A stretch of DNA of 39,920 nucleotides from Acidilobaceae archaeon (GCA_027081695.1 JALWJI010000153.1:1-39920); one strand, 5' to 3'. Shown: positions 28,211-37,754, counted from the stretch's first letter. Notes: generated by a model not told the origin, from the sequence alone. Made by a program: numbers and translations.

Positions 28211-29173
28211 TCACCTCTTCGTGTAAAGCCAACAAGCTACGTAGTGTCCTTTTGAATACTCGATTATCGGAGGCTCTTCTTTGTCACATGGCTCAAACCT
28301 TCTCGGACATCTTGGTGCAAATCTGCATCCCGGTGGAGGCGAGCGGAGATCTGGAGGTGTCCCAGGGATGTATTCGAGCTTATGTATGTCTCCTTTGAGC
28401 CTGGGTACTGCCCTAATGAGAGCTTTTGTGTAGGGATGTAGCGGGTTTTCAAATATGTCTTCTGCTCTTCCAAACTCGACAATTTTTCCAGCGTACATTA
28501 CTGCGATTTTCTCTGAGAGCTCTGTTACTACTCCGAGATCGTGGGTGATCAGTATAATGCTCATTTTTTCCTCCTGGTGGAGTTTTTTCATTAGGTTTAG
28601 TATCTGCGCTTGAACAACAACGTCTAGCGCTGTAGTGGGCTCGTCTGCGATTACTATGTCGGGTTTTAATGCTAGTGCCATTGCGATTACTACTCTTTGT
28701 TTTTGTCCTCCGCTTAGCTCGTGGGGATATCTTTCCAATATTGAAGGCGCGAGGCCTACAGCTTCTATAAGTTCTCTAGCACGTTCAAGTGCCTCCTGCT
28801 TGGTCATATTGGTGTGGAGGAGGAGAGGTTCTATGATTTGATCTCCCACGGTATAAACTGGGTTGAGCGCGTTCATAGCGCCTTGAAATATCATGCTGAT
28901 CCGTTTCCACCTTATCTCTCTTCTAACCTCAGACTCGCTCATTCCAACAATATCTTTTCCGTCTATTCTAATCTGTCCACCAACTATTCTTCCAGGAGGA
29001 GGAACTAGTCTTAACAAGCTCCATGCTAGTGTACTTTTTCCACAGCCGCTCTCTCCTACTATTCCCAGGGTTTCTCCCTTTTCTAGTTCAAAGGACACTC
29101 CGTCTACAGCCTTTACTACTCCTCTTAGTGTATAGAAGTATGTTCGTAGATTCTCTACCTCGAGTAGTGCCAT
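28211..29173 (-). CDS. Oligopeptide/dipeptide ABC transporter ATPase (OppD/DppD-like)
   Basis: GESGCGKS, FQGAMNALNP, LSGGQKQR, DEPTTALD and GCRFAPRC. Confidence 0.94.
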   Translation of the reverse strand: MALLEVENLRTYFYTLRGVVKAVDGVSFELEKGETLGIVGESGCGKSTLAWSLLRLVPPPGRIVGGQIRIDGKDIVGMSESEVRREIRWKRISMIFQGAMNALNPVYTVGDQIIEPLLLHTNMTKQEALERARELIEAVGLAPSILERYPHELSGGQKQRVVIAMALALKPDIVIADEPTTALDVVVQAQILNLMKKLHQEEKMSIILITHDLGVVTELSEKIAVMYAGKIVEFGRAEDIFENPLHPYTKALIRAVPRLKGDIHKLEYIPGTPPDLRSPPPGCRFAPRCPRRFEPCDKEEPPIIEYSKGHYVACWLYTKR

Positions 29174-29339
29174 CTGATTTCCCTCATTAGCCCCATTATC
29201 TTTAATTCCTGTGTCCTTTAGGATCTAGCCCCCTTTTTGGGAATATAATTATTTACACGGTTTTATCGTAGATATATAGAATTTACCTTGGAGCAAATAG
29301 ATTAGTAGAAAAATAATGAGTTTTATATTTAGGATTATG

Positions 29340-29345
29340 AAAAAA
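29340..29345 (-). terminator. Oligo-T terminator after the substrate-binding protein gene
   Basis: T6 tract on the minus strand, 13 nt after the stop codon. Confidence 0.4.
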
Positions 29346-29358
29346 GATTATTATTGGG

Positions 29359-31971
29359 TTACTTTCTCATGAAGTAATATGCTGCTGCTATGATGATTAT
29401 TACTACGACTACTGCTGCTATTACGGTTCCTGATATTCCGCCCTCTTCTGGGGCTGCTGTTGTAGTTGTTGTTGTTTGCTCAGGTGGTGGTGTAGTTGTA
29501 GTTGTTGTCTGCTGGGTCTGCTCAGTTGTAGTTGTTGTTGTTCCTGGCTGTGGTGTTACTAGTGTTACTGATACCGACTGCTGTGCTGGGTTGCTGTATC
29601 CTACAGGGTATGCTAGTATTACTATCTGGTAGCTACCCTCTGATACGTTGGTTGGGAGTACTGCTTCGAAGCTTCCGGGCTCCTGGTAGTTTATCGTTAG
29701 GAATGTGGATGCGAAAGTCTCTAGGTTTACAGCGACTGCGTAGATCTTTACGTCTTCGTTGGTTGCTGGTTGGCCGTTGACGCTTACGCTGAGTGTTACT
29801 AGGGCGGTGCCCTCAGTGTTGTAGTTTACTGGATCATAGTTTATCTGTAGGTCTACAGTCTTTGGCTGTAGCTCCTGTGCTATTACTGCTGGGTCTACAG
29901 GGAAGTCTGCTACTCTCTTTACTGTTGCGATGTCGTTCTGTGCATCATAGCTGTCAAGGTAGAATGGACCGTTTGCTACTACCATGTGGTTGTGCTGGTT
30001 GAAGAAGTTTATCAGGTTATCTACTCTCTGCTCCCACTCTGCCTGTGTTAGGAGTCCTAGGTTGATTAGCTGCTGTACCCAGTCTGGTGGTGTTGTCTTA
30101 TACTGTTGTAGTAGGTCGACCATCTGCTGGCCCTGGTAGGTGTCTAGCAGGTGTATTGCTGGGTGGTACTCGTCGCTTGCGTCTAGGCTCCATACATACT
30201 TTGGTGTTACGTTCTCAGGCACATTCTGTATGTCTGGCTGTCCGTACTGCCATAGTAGGTCCATTCCTGCATAGAGTTCTAATGGCCAGCTTGTCCATAT
30301 GCTTGCTACTCCTGCTATAAATCCGGGATCTAGATGATCATAGTTTACATATACCTTGACTGTTGTCTCGTTAATTACCTTTACTGCTACAAACGAGTTG
30401 AGGAACGTGTAGTAGTCTCCTGCTATTGGTCCTTCGAACCTGTTGTCGACTGTTGTGTTGGTGCTGTCATCATATGCATATTCGAATATTACATATAGTG
30501 GTGCTAGTAGGTCTGCTACAGTCTCAGTTGTTCCATCGTGGAACTTGATCTGTCCAAGTAGCTTGTAGTTGATTGTTACTGCATTCTTTGCTGTTGTTAC
30601 GTTTGCTTCTGCTGCCGTTACGAACTGGTGAGCTGCGTGGTCATAAAGTAGTGCGTCGCCGTCAACTGTTACTGGGCCTCTTTCTAGGCTCCACTCTACT
30701 GTGTTTGCAGGGCTCCATCCTGTCTTACCGTCTGTTATTCTGCTTGTTATTCCTGGCCAGGTTATTGCTTCTACTACTGGCCTGCTGTAGAAGTCTTGGA
30801 ATCCGCCTACCGGGTTCCAGGCCCATCCGCTTGCATAAATGTATCTGTTTGTTAGTGTTATTGTGTCTTGTGGGTACTGTAGGTTCATGAACGTGAATGT
30901 GTGCCATGGGCTTGCCTTGGGGCTTGGTAGTATGCCCTGTAGGTCGCTGCTTACTGCGTAGAAGTCATAGGTTGCTGCTATGAATACTCTTACGCTCTCC
31001 CTGATTCCTAGGTCTACTCCCTCGTTTATTAGTTGCCAGAATTCTGTCTCGTTTGCATAGTCACCGTTGTCTAGTTTCTGGGCTATCTCGTCTATTGTAG
31101 CGTTATGATAGTTCCAGTATGTTGGCTCTAGCCATCCTGGCATTGCTCCCCATATGCTGCTGTAGAACCATACGAAGTTACCGTAGTCGTACTGGGTCAT
31201 TCCGGTGATTCCCCAGCCCTCTGTGTAGAGGTGCCACTCACAGGCGCTGGGGTCTCCGCTGTAGACTATCTGGTATGCTGCTGCGAAGTCGTTGTATAGC
31301 CTATCTACTGTTATTCCTACGTCGTTCTCCAGCTTGTTGGCTAGTAGGTCTCCAATGTCTTTCCTCTGGTCCTCGTTTCTTATTACGAACTTGACTGTTA
31401 CAGGGTCGCCGTTTGCCCAGTACCATTTACCGTCTGCTCCCTGTGTTGCTCCGAGTTCTTGTAGTGCTTGCTGGAGGAGCTGGATTCCGTACTGCTCTCC
31501 CTTAGCGTCGATTATTGCCTGCCACTTTAGTGCTGTTCCGACTAGGTATGGATAGTCGGGGTCTAGTGGTGTCCATGGTAGGATTACTGGTATAGCGTAT
31601 CCCTCGTAGATCTGTGATACTATTTCTCCTCTGGGTACTAGGAACTGTAGTGCGAATCTAGCCTTCTGGTTCTGGAATATGTTTATTGATCCGTCTTGGC
31701 AGGTGTCTGTTGGGTTTACGAGGATGTTTGTTAGACCGCTTGCTGCTTTTATCGTCTGGAAGCCTGCTTCTTGGAGCCTATTTACTAGATCTATGCTTCT
31801 TAGTCTGAAGAGTCTACCCTGTGAGTCTCCGAAAAGCAGACTACCGACTGCTGCCTGGTCGTCCTCTATTCTCTGGAATACTATTGTGTTAACATATCCT
31901 GCGTTTGAAACGAGTGCTGCTGCTATTGGGAGAACCATTAGTGCTACAATGAATATAGCTAGCGTTCTCAT
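29359..31971 (-). CDS. ABC transporter substrate-binding protein, family 5 (OppA/DppA-like), with Thr-rich linker and C-terminal TM anchor
   Basis: Signal peptide, RFALQFL, YTEGWG, KFHDG, NGPFYL, TTTT linker, then hydrophobic anchor and basic tail. Confidence 0.92.
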   Translation of the reverse strand: MRTLAIFIVALMVLPIAAALVSNAGYVNTIVFQRIEDDQAAVGSLLFGDSQGRLFRLRSIDLVNRLQEAGFQTIKAASGLTNILVNPTDTCQDGSINIFQNQKARFALQFLVPRGEIVSQIYEGYAIPVILPWTPLDPDYPYLVGTALKWQAIIDAKGEQYGIQLLQQALQELGATQGADGKWYWANGDPVTVKFVIRNEDQRKDIGDLLANKLENDVGITVDRLYNDFAAAYQIVYSGDPSACEWHLYTEGWGITGMTQYDYGNFVWFYSSIWGAMPGWLEPTYWNYHNATIDEIAQKLDNGDYANETEFWQLINEGVDLGIRESVRVFIAATYDFYAVSSDLQGILPSPKASPWHTFTFMNLQYPQDTITLTNRYIYASGWAWNPVGGFQDFYSRPVVEAITWPGITSRITDGKTGWSPANTVEWSLERGPVTVDGDALLYDHAAHQFVTAAEANVTTAKNAVTINYKLLGQIKFHDGTTETVADLLAPLYVIFEYAYDDSTNTTVDNRFEGPIAGDYYTFLNSFVAVKVINETTVKVYVNYDHLDPGFIAGVASIWTSWPLELYAGMDLLWQYGQPDIQNVPENVTPKYVWSLDASDEYHPAIHLLDTYQGQQMVDLLQQYKTTPPDWVQQLINLGLLTQAEWEQRVDNLINFFNQHNHMVVANGPFYLDSYDAQNDIATVKRVADFPVDPAVIAQELQPKTVDLQINYDPVNYNTEGTALVTLSVSVNGQPATNEDVKIYAVAVNLETFASTFLTINYQEPGSFEAVLPTNVSEGSYQIVILAYPVGYSNPAQQSVSVTLVTPQPGTTTTTTEQTQQTTTTTTPPPEQTTTTTTAAPEEGGISGTVIAAVVVVIIIIAAAYYFMRK
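29455..29545 (-). repeat. Low-complexity Thr/Gln/Pro linker repeat within the binding protein
   Basis: (TTG/TAG)n runs on the + strand encoding three poly-Thr tracts. Confidence 0.7.
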
Positions 31972-32094
31972 GTCATATTCACCCGTTGGGCGTCATAAAC
32001 TGTATATGAAGGAGGATATTTAAATAGCTTGTCGTTAAAAACACGTATAAATTTAAGAAGATTTTTGATAAGTTATAAATAAAAATTATTTTTA

Positions 32095-33726
32095 TTACTT
32101 TACGAGCTTGGGTGCGACTATCGGCTCTAATGCTCTACCCAACAGTAGGAATGTCGCCGAGAATATCACTAACGCTAAGCCTGGGAAGAGGTATAGCCAC
32201 CAGTAACCAGCGTTGACTGCTCCTACATCATACGCTAGCTGGAGCATTTTACCCCAGGTTGGAGCGGCGGGATCACCGAATCCTAGTAGCGAGAGACTTG
32301 CCTCCGCCACTATAACTCCTGGGATAGATAGAACCGCTATAGCCATTGTATATGGGAAGATCTGTGGGAACATGTGTTTGAATAATATTCTCCTCGTAGA
32401 TGCACCAACAGCTCTAGCAGCCTCAACATATATTTGCTCACTTATCTGGAGAGCCATACTTCTTACAACTATGACTGGTCCCGCCCAGAACAATATGATC
32501 ATTAGGCCTGCGAGCACAGGCAGTGTTATTGCTGATCTGAACGCTACAGATAGCGCTATTAGTATTGGTAAGAACGGGAGAGAGTTAACGATGTCGACTA
32601 CTCTCATCATTATTTCTCCTTTTATATCTTTCCAGTAGCCTGCTGCTGTTCCATAGAAGGCTCCTATGAATGTTGATATGAATGTTACACTGAATCCAAG
32701 GATAAATGCATACGGGAGACCGAATAATAGTCCTAGTCCTATGGGCCTGCTCTTTGTATCTGTTCCGAAGAAACCATAGCAGTTTGGCTTTACCTCGAAT
32801 ACATATACTGTTGGTTCAACAAATGCGTCATTCTGCTTTGCTAGATTTGGATCAAACTGTCCATTGTTTAATACCAAGTCTCTATCCACGAAGTAGCCTA
32901 TCTTGAGAACAACTTTGTATTCTCCATTAAGCGGTACAACTTGGCCTTGCTCGTTAACTGTCGCCATTATTATCTGGCCTTGCTGTAGACCAGGTATCCC
33001 TTCAGGATAGCCGAGATACTCTTCTAGCTGTTTTATACTACTGGTGAAGTATTGTTCTATTAGGGCTCCTTGATATATCTTGTTGAGACTGTATGGTTTT
33101 ATGAACGTTATGTTTTCTCCTCCTTCTGTTATGTTTGCGACTTGGCCATAGAGGAACACTGTTCCAGACTCGCCTACCGGGAGCTTACCATCATAGAAGT
33201 ATACTTTTAGCCCGTCGGGCCTTTCTACATATGCCTCGAGTATGATAATGTCAGTTGTCGTTGTCTGCAGGTTCACAGTAGCATTTTTGCCTACCTCGAC
33301 GATTAATGCTAATGCAGTGTCGCTTGGGAATTCTTCTGCTTCGTAATTGAAGGATCCCTCATATACCGTTTCAACGTATACCGCGTTGAAATAGTCTATA
33401 AGCAATTGCTGCTTGGGATCGGCTACTTGGAAGCTCGCTTCTGGCCCTGTTACCTGCATGTCTTCTAGCGATACCTTTGCAGGTGGGGCTTTATCTGTTG
33501 CCCAGCATGGAGGAGCACTTTGTGGATATAGGTATGACCACTTGTTGCTTTGTGTGTACTCTTTAAGGCCTGTTTCTCCATAGGCAGCTACAACATAAAT
33601 TGCTAGTAACAGTTGTATTATTAGGAGTGCCATTCCTATTTTGCCACTCCAGGTTCTAAGTAGAAGTGACCAGTTGGAGAGTTGTTTTTTGCCTGTTTTC
33701 TTCTTCCTCTTAAACATCGCGGTCAC
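32095..33726 (-). CDS. Peptide ABC transporter permease (OppC/DppC-like) with large extracytoplasmic insertion
   Basis: FGTD, YVEAARAVGAS, KHMFP, EASLSLLGFG, TWGKML and WWLYLFPG. Confidence 0.92.
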   Translation of the reverse strand: MTAMFKRKKKTGKKQLSNWSLLLRTWSGKIGMALLIIQLLLAIYVVAAYGETGLKEYTQSNKWSYLYPQSAPPCWATDKAPPAKVSLEDMQVTGPEASFQVADPKQQLLIDYFNAVYVETVYEGSFNYEAEEFPSDTALALIVEVGKNATVNLQTTTTDIIILEAYVERPDGLKVYFYDGKLPVGESGTVFLYGQVANITEGGENITFIKPYSLNKIYQGALIEQYFTSSIKQLEEYLGYPEGIPGLQQGQIIMATVNEQGQVVPLNGEYKVVLKIGYFVDRDLVLNNGQFDPNLAKQNDAFVEPTVYVFEVKPNCYGFFGTDTKSRPIGLGLLFGLPYAFILGFSVTFISTFIGAFYGTAAGYWKDIKGEIMMRVVDIVNSLPFLPILIALSVAFRSAITLPVLAGLMIILFWAGPVIVVRSMALQISEQIYVEAARAVGASTRRILFKHMFPQIFPYTMAIAVLSIPGVIVAEASLSLLGFGDPAAPTWGKMLQLAYDVGAVNAGYWWLYLFPGLALVIFSATFLLLGRALEPIVAPKLVK

Positions 33727-33730
33727 CTCA

Positions 33731-35092
33731 TTATGCTCTCCTTATTCTCGGATCAAGTACTGTGTAGAGTATGTCTAGAATGAACCTAATGACCAAGTAT
33801 AATAGTGTAGTAATGTATGTTAGCTCTACTATAACCGGTATATCGTTTGCAACAATCGCATCCCAATATAGTCTCCCGAGACCAAACCAGTTGAATATGA
33901 GTTCAGTAATTATAGCTCCACTAAACACGCTGAGGACTATTGAGAAAAGCACTATTGTGACTAGAGGTGGTGCCGCTGCTCTTATCACGTGCTTTCTTAA
34001 CACCATAGATTCGGGTAATCCCTTCGCCCTGGCCACCGTGACGAAGTCCTCGTTGAATACGTCGAGGAGAATGTTTCTTATTCTATACGCGGTATCTCCT
34101 ATGCTAAGTATCGTGACTGTAAACACTGGAAGTGCCGCCATGCTTAGAATAGATGTTATACTTGTCCAGTCTATTCCCCCAGGCTTGTATGGTGATGGGA
34201 AGATCTCGTACTTTACAGTGAACAAGTAGATGAATACCATTGCCAGCCACCACCACGGCATGCTAACGCTGAATACGCTCCATGCAGTTATTGTTGAGTC
34301 AACTGTTTTCCCTGGCCTCCGCGCAGCGTATAGTGCTAGTGGAAGTGCAAATGCTAGTGTTAGGATTGATGATGTTGTGAATAGTAGAACTGAGTAGGGT
34401 ATCCTTTCCATGATTATGTGAAGGGCGTTTCTGTCGCCCTGGTAGGGCCAATACTGTGTTGTCAGGACAGTAGAGTAGAGTGGCTGGAATGTAATGAGCG
34501 TCTTAGTATACCTAACTGCTAACACATACCAGGGCTGGTCCAGTCCCTTCCTAACAATCTGTAGGTTTATCTCATCCTGAATGATTTTCTTTTTACACTC
34601 CTCTGAGAGCTTTGCTGAAACATCATCTATGAACGTTCTGAGTTCTGTCTGTGAAACGTTTATACCTTGCTCTTGGAGTGCTGCATATGCCTTAGCCGTG
34701 GTATAGTTTAGGAATTCATCATGTGTAACAATTGTCTTGTTATTGACTGCATCTACAATAACCGTCTGGAGAACTTCTTCGAGAACCGCGATTTGATCCT
34801 GGGAGAGTTGCTGTGGCAACGTCGTATTGCCACTTTCTATGACAGATTGTACAGATGTGTTTATCGCATCGATTAATCCCTGTTCTCCTATGTTGGGTCT
34901 TAACGCACATGACCTCGCTATAGCGACAGGTGGCTGGTTCTGGAATAAGACTCTTGCTTGCTGACGGACTGTCTGTGCAATGTTCTGCTTCTCACGTTCT
35001 GCTAATGGGCCCGTGAATATGGCTGCTACGATGAATGTTACAATTATTAATACTATTATAAGATTCAATATCTTTATCAGCACCCATTTCAA
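33731..35092 (-). CDS. Peptide ABC transporter permease (OppB/DppB-like) with large extracytoplasmic insertion
   Basis: GLDQP, SMPWWWL, EDFVTVARAKGL, ITELIFNWFGLG and DILYTVLDPRIR. Confidence 0.93.
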   Translation of the reverse strand: MKWVLIKILNLIIVLIIVTFIVAAIFTGPLAEREKQNIAQTVRQQARVLFQNQPPVAIARSCALRPNIGEQGLIDAINTSVQSVIESGNTTLPQQLSQDQIAVLEEVLQTVIVDAVNNKTIVTHDEFLNYTTAKAYAALQEQGINVSQTELRTFIDDVSAKLSEECKKKIIQDEINLQIVRKGLDQPWYVLAVRYTKTLITFQPLYSTVLTTQYWPYQGDRNALHIIMERIPYSVLLFTTSSILTLAFALPLALYAARRPGKTVDSTITAWSVFSVSMPWWWLAMVFIYLFTVKYEIFPSPYKPGGIDWTSITSILSMAALPVFTVTILSIGDTAYRIRNILLDVFNEDFVTVARAKGLPESMVLRKHVIRAAAPPLVTIVLFSIVLSVFSGAIITELIFNWFGLGRLYWDAIVANDIPVIVELTYITTLLYLVIRFILDILYTVLDPRIRRA

Positions 35093-35243
35093 CGCCTACA
35101 CCTGTCCTATCCATTTAACACGTGAGGTCTACCAACTGTTTTAGAGAATCCTCTTATCCTTAAAAGTATGTAATACGGAACACGTAATACGACGGGTTAA
35201 TCCTCTGATATTCCTGGAGACACACTACTCGAGGTACTATGAG

Positions 35244-35873
35244 ATGCAGGCTGGAGAGAAGATAGTCTCAATACCATATTACCAGTTGAAAATATGGGAG
35301 ACCGGGGTCAGCTACAGATATGTGTATGGCGAGGCATATCTTTTCAAGGCAATACCCGAGGTTAAAGCCCTCGCACTCGTATCTCCAAGCGATCAGGGAC
35401 TCTATCCACATCCCTATCCTAACTCGATCAAGTTTAAGCCACTTGGCAAAGAAGAATACGTTGAAAGATTGAGGCAGGCGATAAAAAATATCCTCGAGGT
35501 AGCCGAGGAGGAGCCTAAGCCTGTCTTCGACGTCGGAGGCTTCAAGGGCTTGATAAAGATGGTTCTCTCCAACCTCTTTGGGGGATCGAAGGCTAGGGCA
35601 AAGCCTAGGGCAACACCTTATCTCGAGAGGCGCCTTGCCCTAGGATACCTGGTTGATGTCCTAGAGATAACTGATCCTGACGTGAGGATTACTGTTGAGA
35701 AGACTTATTGGAGACCATTAAGAATTATATTCAGAGATAGAGAAGGAGAGCAAATAGTGTCATCTGTAGAATATCTTGTCGATAACAGGTGGATCGAGGA
35801 TAGGGTTATCTACAAGATTCTACGAGATAATAGGGATGCTCTTAACATGTTATTAGAGGACTTAACAATGTAG
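35244..35873 (+). CDS. Hypothetical protein (209 aa)
   Basis: Long ORF with GAGGT SD; family not recognised. Confidence 0.75.
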   Translation: MQAGEKIVSIPYYQLKIWETGVSYRYVYGEAYLFKAIPEVKALALVSPSDQGLYPHPYPNSIKFKPLGKEEYVERLRQAIKNILEVAEEEPKPVFDVGGFKGLIKMVLSNLFGGSKARAKPRATPYLERRLALGYLVDVLEITDPDVRITVEKTYWRPLRIIFRDREGEQIVSSVEYLVDNRWIEDRVIYKILRDNRDALNMLLEDLTM

Positions 35874-36001
35874 TCTAACCCTTACACGTGTATCATGTAA
35901 TTATAATTGTTTAGATACAGTTAGTGGAGGTTCACATTTTAATAGTCTCAGCATACTATCATTAATATAATGGCCCATTTATAACGGGCGGTGAACGTGG
36001 A

Positions 36002-36244
36002 ATGGCTCGTGCAATTGTCATGATAAACACGGATGTAGGAAAGGAAAATGAAATCTTCGAGAAAGTCCTCGAGATCCCAGAGGTCAAAGAGGTATACATG
36101 GTATATGGTATACACGACCTAATAGTAATCATCGAAGCAGACACCATGGAGAAGCTGCGGAACCTCATAACAGAGAATATCCGCCGTATGGACGGTGTTA
36201 AGAGCACGCTGACAAGCATCGTAGTAATGCATAAGACAAAGTAA
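36002..36244 (+). CDS. Lrp/AsnC ligand-binding (RAM) domain protein, stand-alone
   Basis: AIVMINT...PEVKEVYMVYGIHDLIV...IRRMDGVKSTLTSIV; no HTH. Confidence 0.9.
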   Translation: MARAIVMINTDVGKENEIFEKVLEIPEVKEVYMVYGIHDLIVIIEADTMEKLRNLITENIRRMDGVKSTLTSIVVMHKTK

Positions 36245-36298
36245 GCTTGATCACTCTTTCCCACCAATTATCCATGTAATCCTCCGAGAAGGGGATCC

Positions 36299-37720
36299 AT
36301 GATACCTAACGTGTTCTTTCCCCAAAACAAGCCTCCTGGAGAAGACTGGATTCCCTTTACACTTGCACTAGACGACATAGACAGTCCTGGAGGCGGGTGC
36401 ACGACTCATCTAACTGGTCTCCTACTCTACGAGCTCCGAGACAAGCTACTGCTTGCAGACTATCCCCTCCTAGTAAGGCTTGCCCCGGGCGTTCCATGGA
36501 AGACACGGGGCAACGCCGCGACAGTCATAAGGGGATGGATCCAGGGATTCGGCTATGAGGAGCTCTTAGAGCGCGCGAGATTACTCGCCGTAGAGTATAG
36601 TAGTGGGAGGGTAAATGAGCCGGGGAAGGCTCCTGGGATAGCATTATATAAGGGTACTGCTCCGTGGAGAGACCGTGTCCTACGCCGGCTCTATCTGCGA
36701 GGCGTTTCCGAACTCGTATACGGCGAGTACATAGTTGAGACTGCGATATCGAGAGGCGTCATGCTCTGGGGAGGTCGTGGACGCGTCGGCGCAGTCCTAG
36801 CTCTTGCATCACTATCCCCGGAGGACCCGTATACATATGAGTTAATCGCGTATAGATACCCCGAGAACTGGGGGCGTCCCAGATGCGTTGATCATGATCC
36901 CGTAAAAGAATCCTGTATCCCTGCATGTGCTTCCAATAACTATGATCTATCAACTGGTAAACTCGCCGCGGCCCCGAATGGTCCTGACCCTATACTCGCA
37001 GGATTCCGCGGCGTCTGTATAGGAGGCCTTGGATGCTATGCCTCTATTCTGTGCGAGGAGCCTCATTTCTGGGTGCTTTACCGGAGTAATCAGCATACGG
37101 ATATCCACTATGGATCAATGTTAACCCCCCGGTTAACACCCTACAAGAGCATAAGAATAACCATAACCATCCTAGACAAGGAAAAACTACCGGGATCCCA
37201 TATACTTTTGCAGGGGCTCCATCCAGACCTCGGGAAAATCATTGTAGCCGTATACCGTGAAACGGGGCCTATGAGGAGACTAGCCGAGAACCTTGTAAGA
37301 GGAGACCTAGTAGAGATTATGGGCACCGTGAGGCCCTACCCTGGACTAGACGAGGGATACACTCTTGCAGCCGAGAAACTTAGAATAATCAAGCTCGAAG
37401 AGGAGAATCTGCAGGTCGCACCTAGATGTCCACGATGCGGTAAGCGTATGAAGTCCATGGGTAGAGGCCAAGGATACCGGTGTCCACGATGCGGTTACCG
37501 GGATCCCGAGGCCCATCCAATAATGATACATGGTATCAGGAGAATCGTTCCATCAATCGTTACACCAACGCCTAGTAACCTCAGGCACCTTGTTAAACCA
37601 CCATGGCTTGGCTCCGGCCCTGTTACACCTATCCCTCATAGATTATTGAAGGTTAACGAGGTCTTCTCTATAAAAGTCCCTTCTCCTGCCACATTAGAGC
37701 TCTGTAGTGATTGTATGTGA
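36299..37720 (+). CDS. tiaS: tRNA(Ile2) 2-agmatinylcytidine synthetase
   Basis: DDIDS..GGCTTH, YPLLVRL.P.VPWKTRGNAA, GPDPILAGFRG, SNQHTD, OB fold and Zn ribbon CPRCG...CPRCG. Confidence 0.93.
   Translation: MIPNVFFPQNKPPGEDWIPFTLALDDIDSPGGGCTTHLTGLLLYELRDKLLLADYPLLVRLAPGVPWKTRGNAATVIRGWIQGFGYEELLERARLLAVEYSSGRVNEPGKAPGIALYKGTAPWRDRVLRRLYLRGVSELVYGEYIVETAISRGVMLWGGRGRVGAVLALASLSPEDPYTYELIAYRYPENWGRPRCVDHDPVKESCIPACASNNYDLSTGKLAAAPNGPDPILAGFRGVCIGGLGCYASILCEEPHFWVLYRSNQHTDIHYGSMLTPRLTPYKSIRITITILDKEKLPGSHILLQGLHPDLGKIIVAVYRETGPMRRLAENLVRGDLVEIMGTVRPYPGLDEGYTLAAEKLRIIKLEEENLQVAPRCPRCGKRMKSMGRGQGYRCPRCGYRDPEAHPIMIHGIRRIVPSIVTPTPSNLRHLVKPPWLGSGPVTPIPHRLLKVNEVFSIKVPSPATLELCSDCM
37116..37138. repeat. 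23-bp palindromic site, copy 1 (CAATGTTAACCCCCCGGTTAACA), inside tiaS
   Basis: 22/23 identical to 37732-37754; core TGTTAAC-N6-GTTAACA. Confidence 0.85.
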
Positions 37721-37731
37721 TCGCTATAATA

Positions 37732-37754
37732 CAATGTTAACTCCCCGGTTAACA
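37732..37754. repeat. 23-bp palindromic site, copy 2 (CAATGTTAACTCCCCGGTTAACA), abutting ORB1
   Basis: 22/23 identical to 37116-37138. Confidence 0.85.

Noticed and set aside
29390..29632. Poly-Val ORF and (TTG)n microsatellite-like tract
   Set aside because: It is the antisense of the Thr-rich linker of the binding protein.
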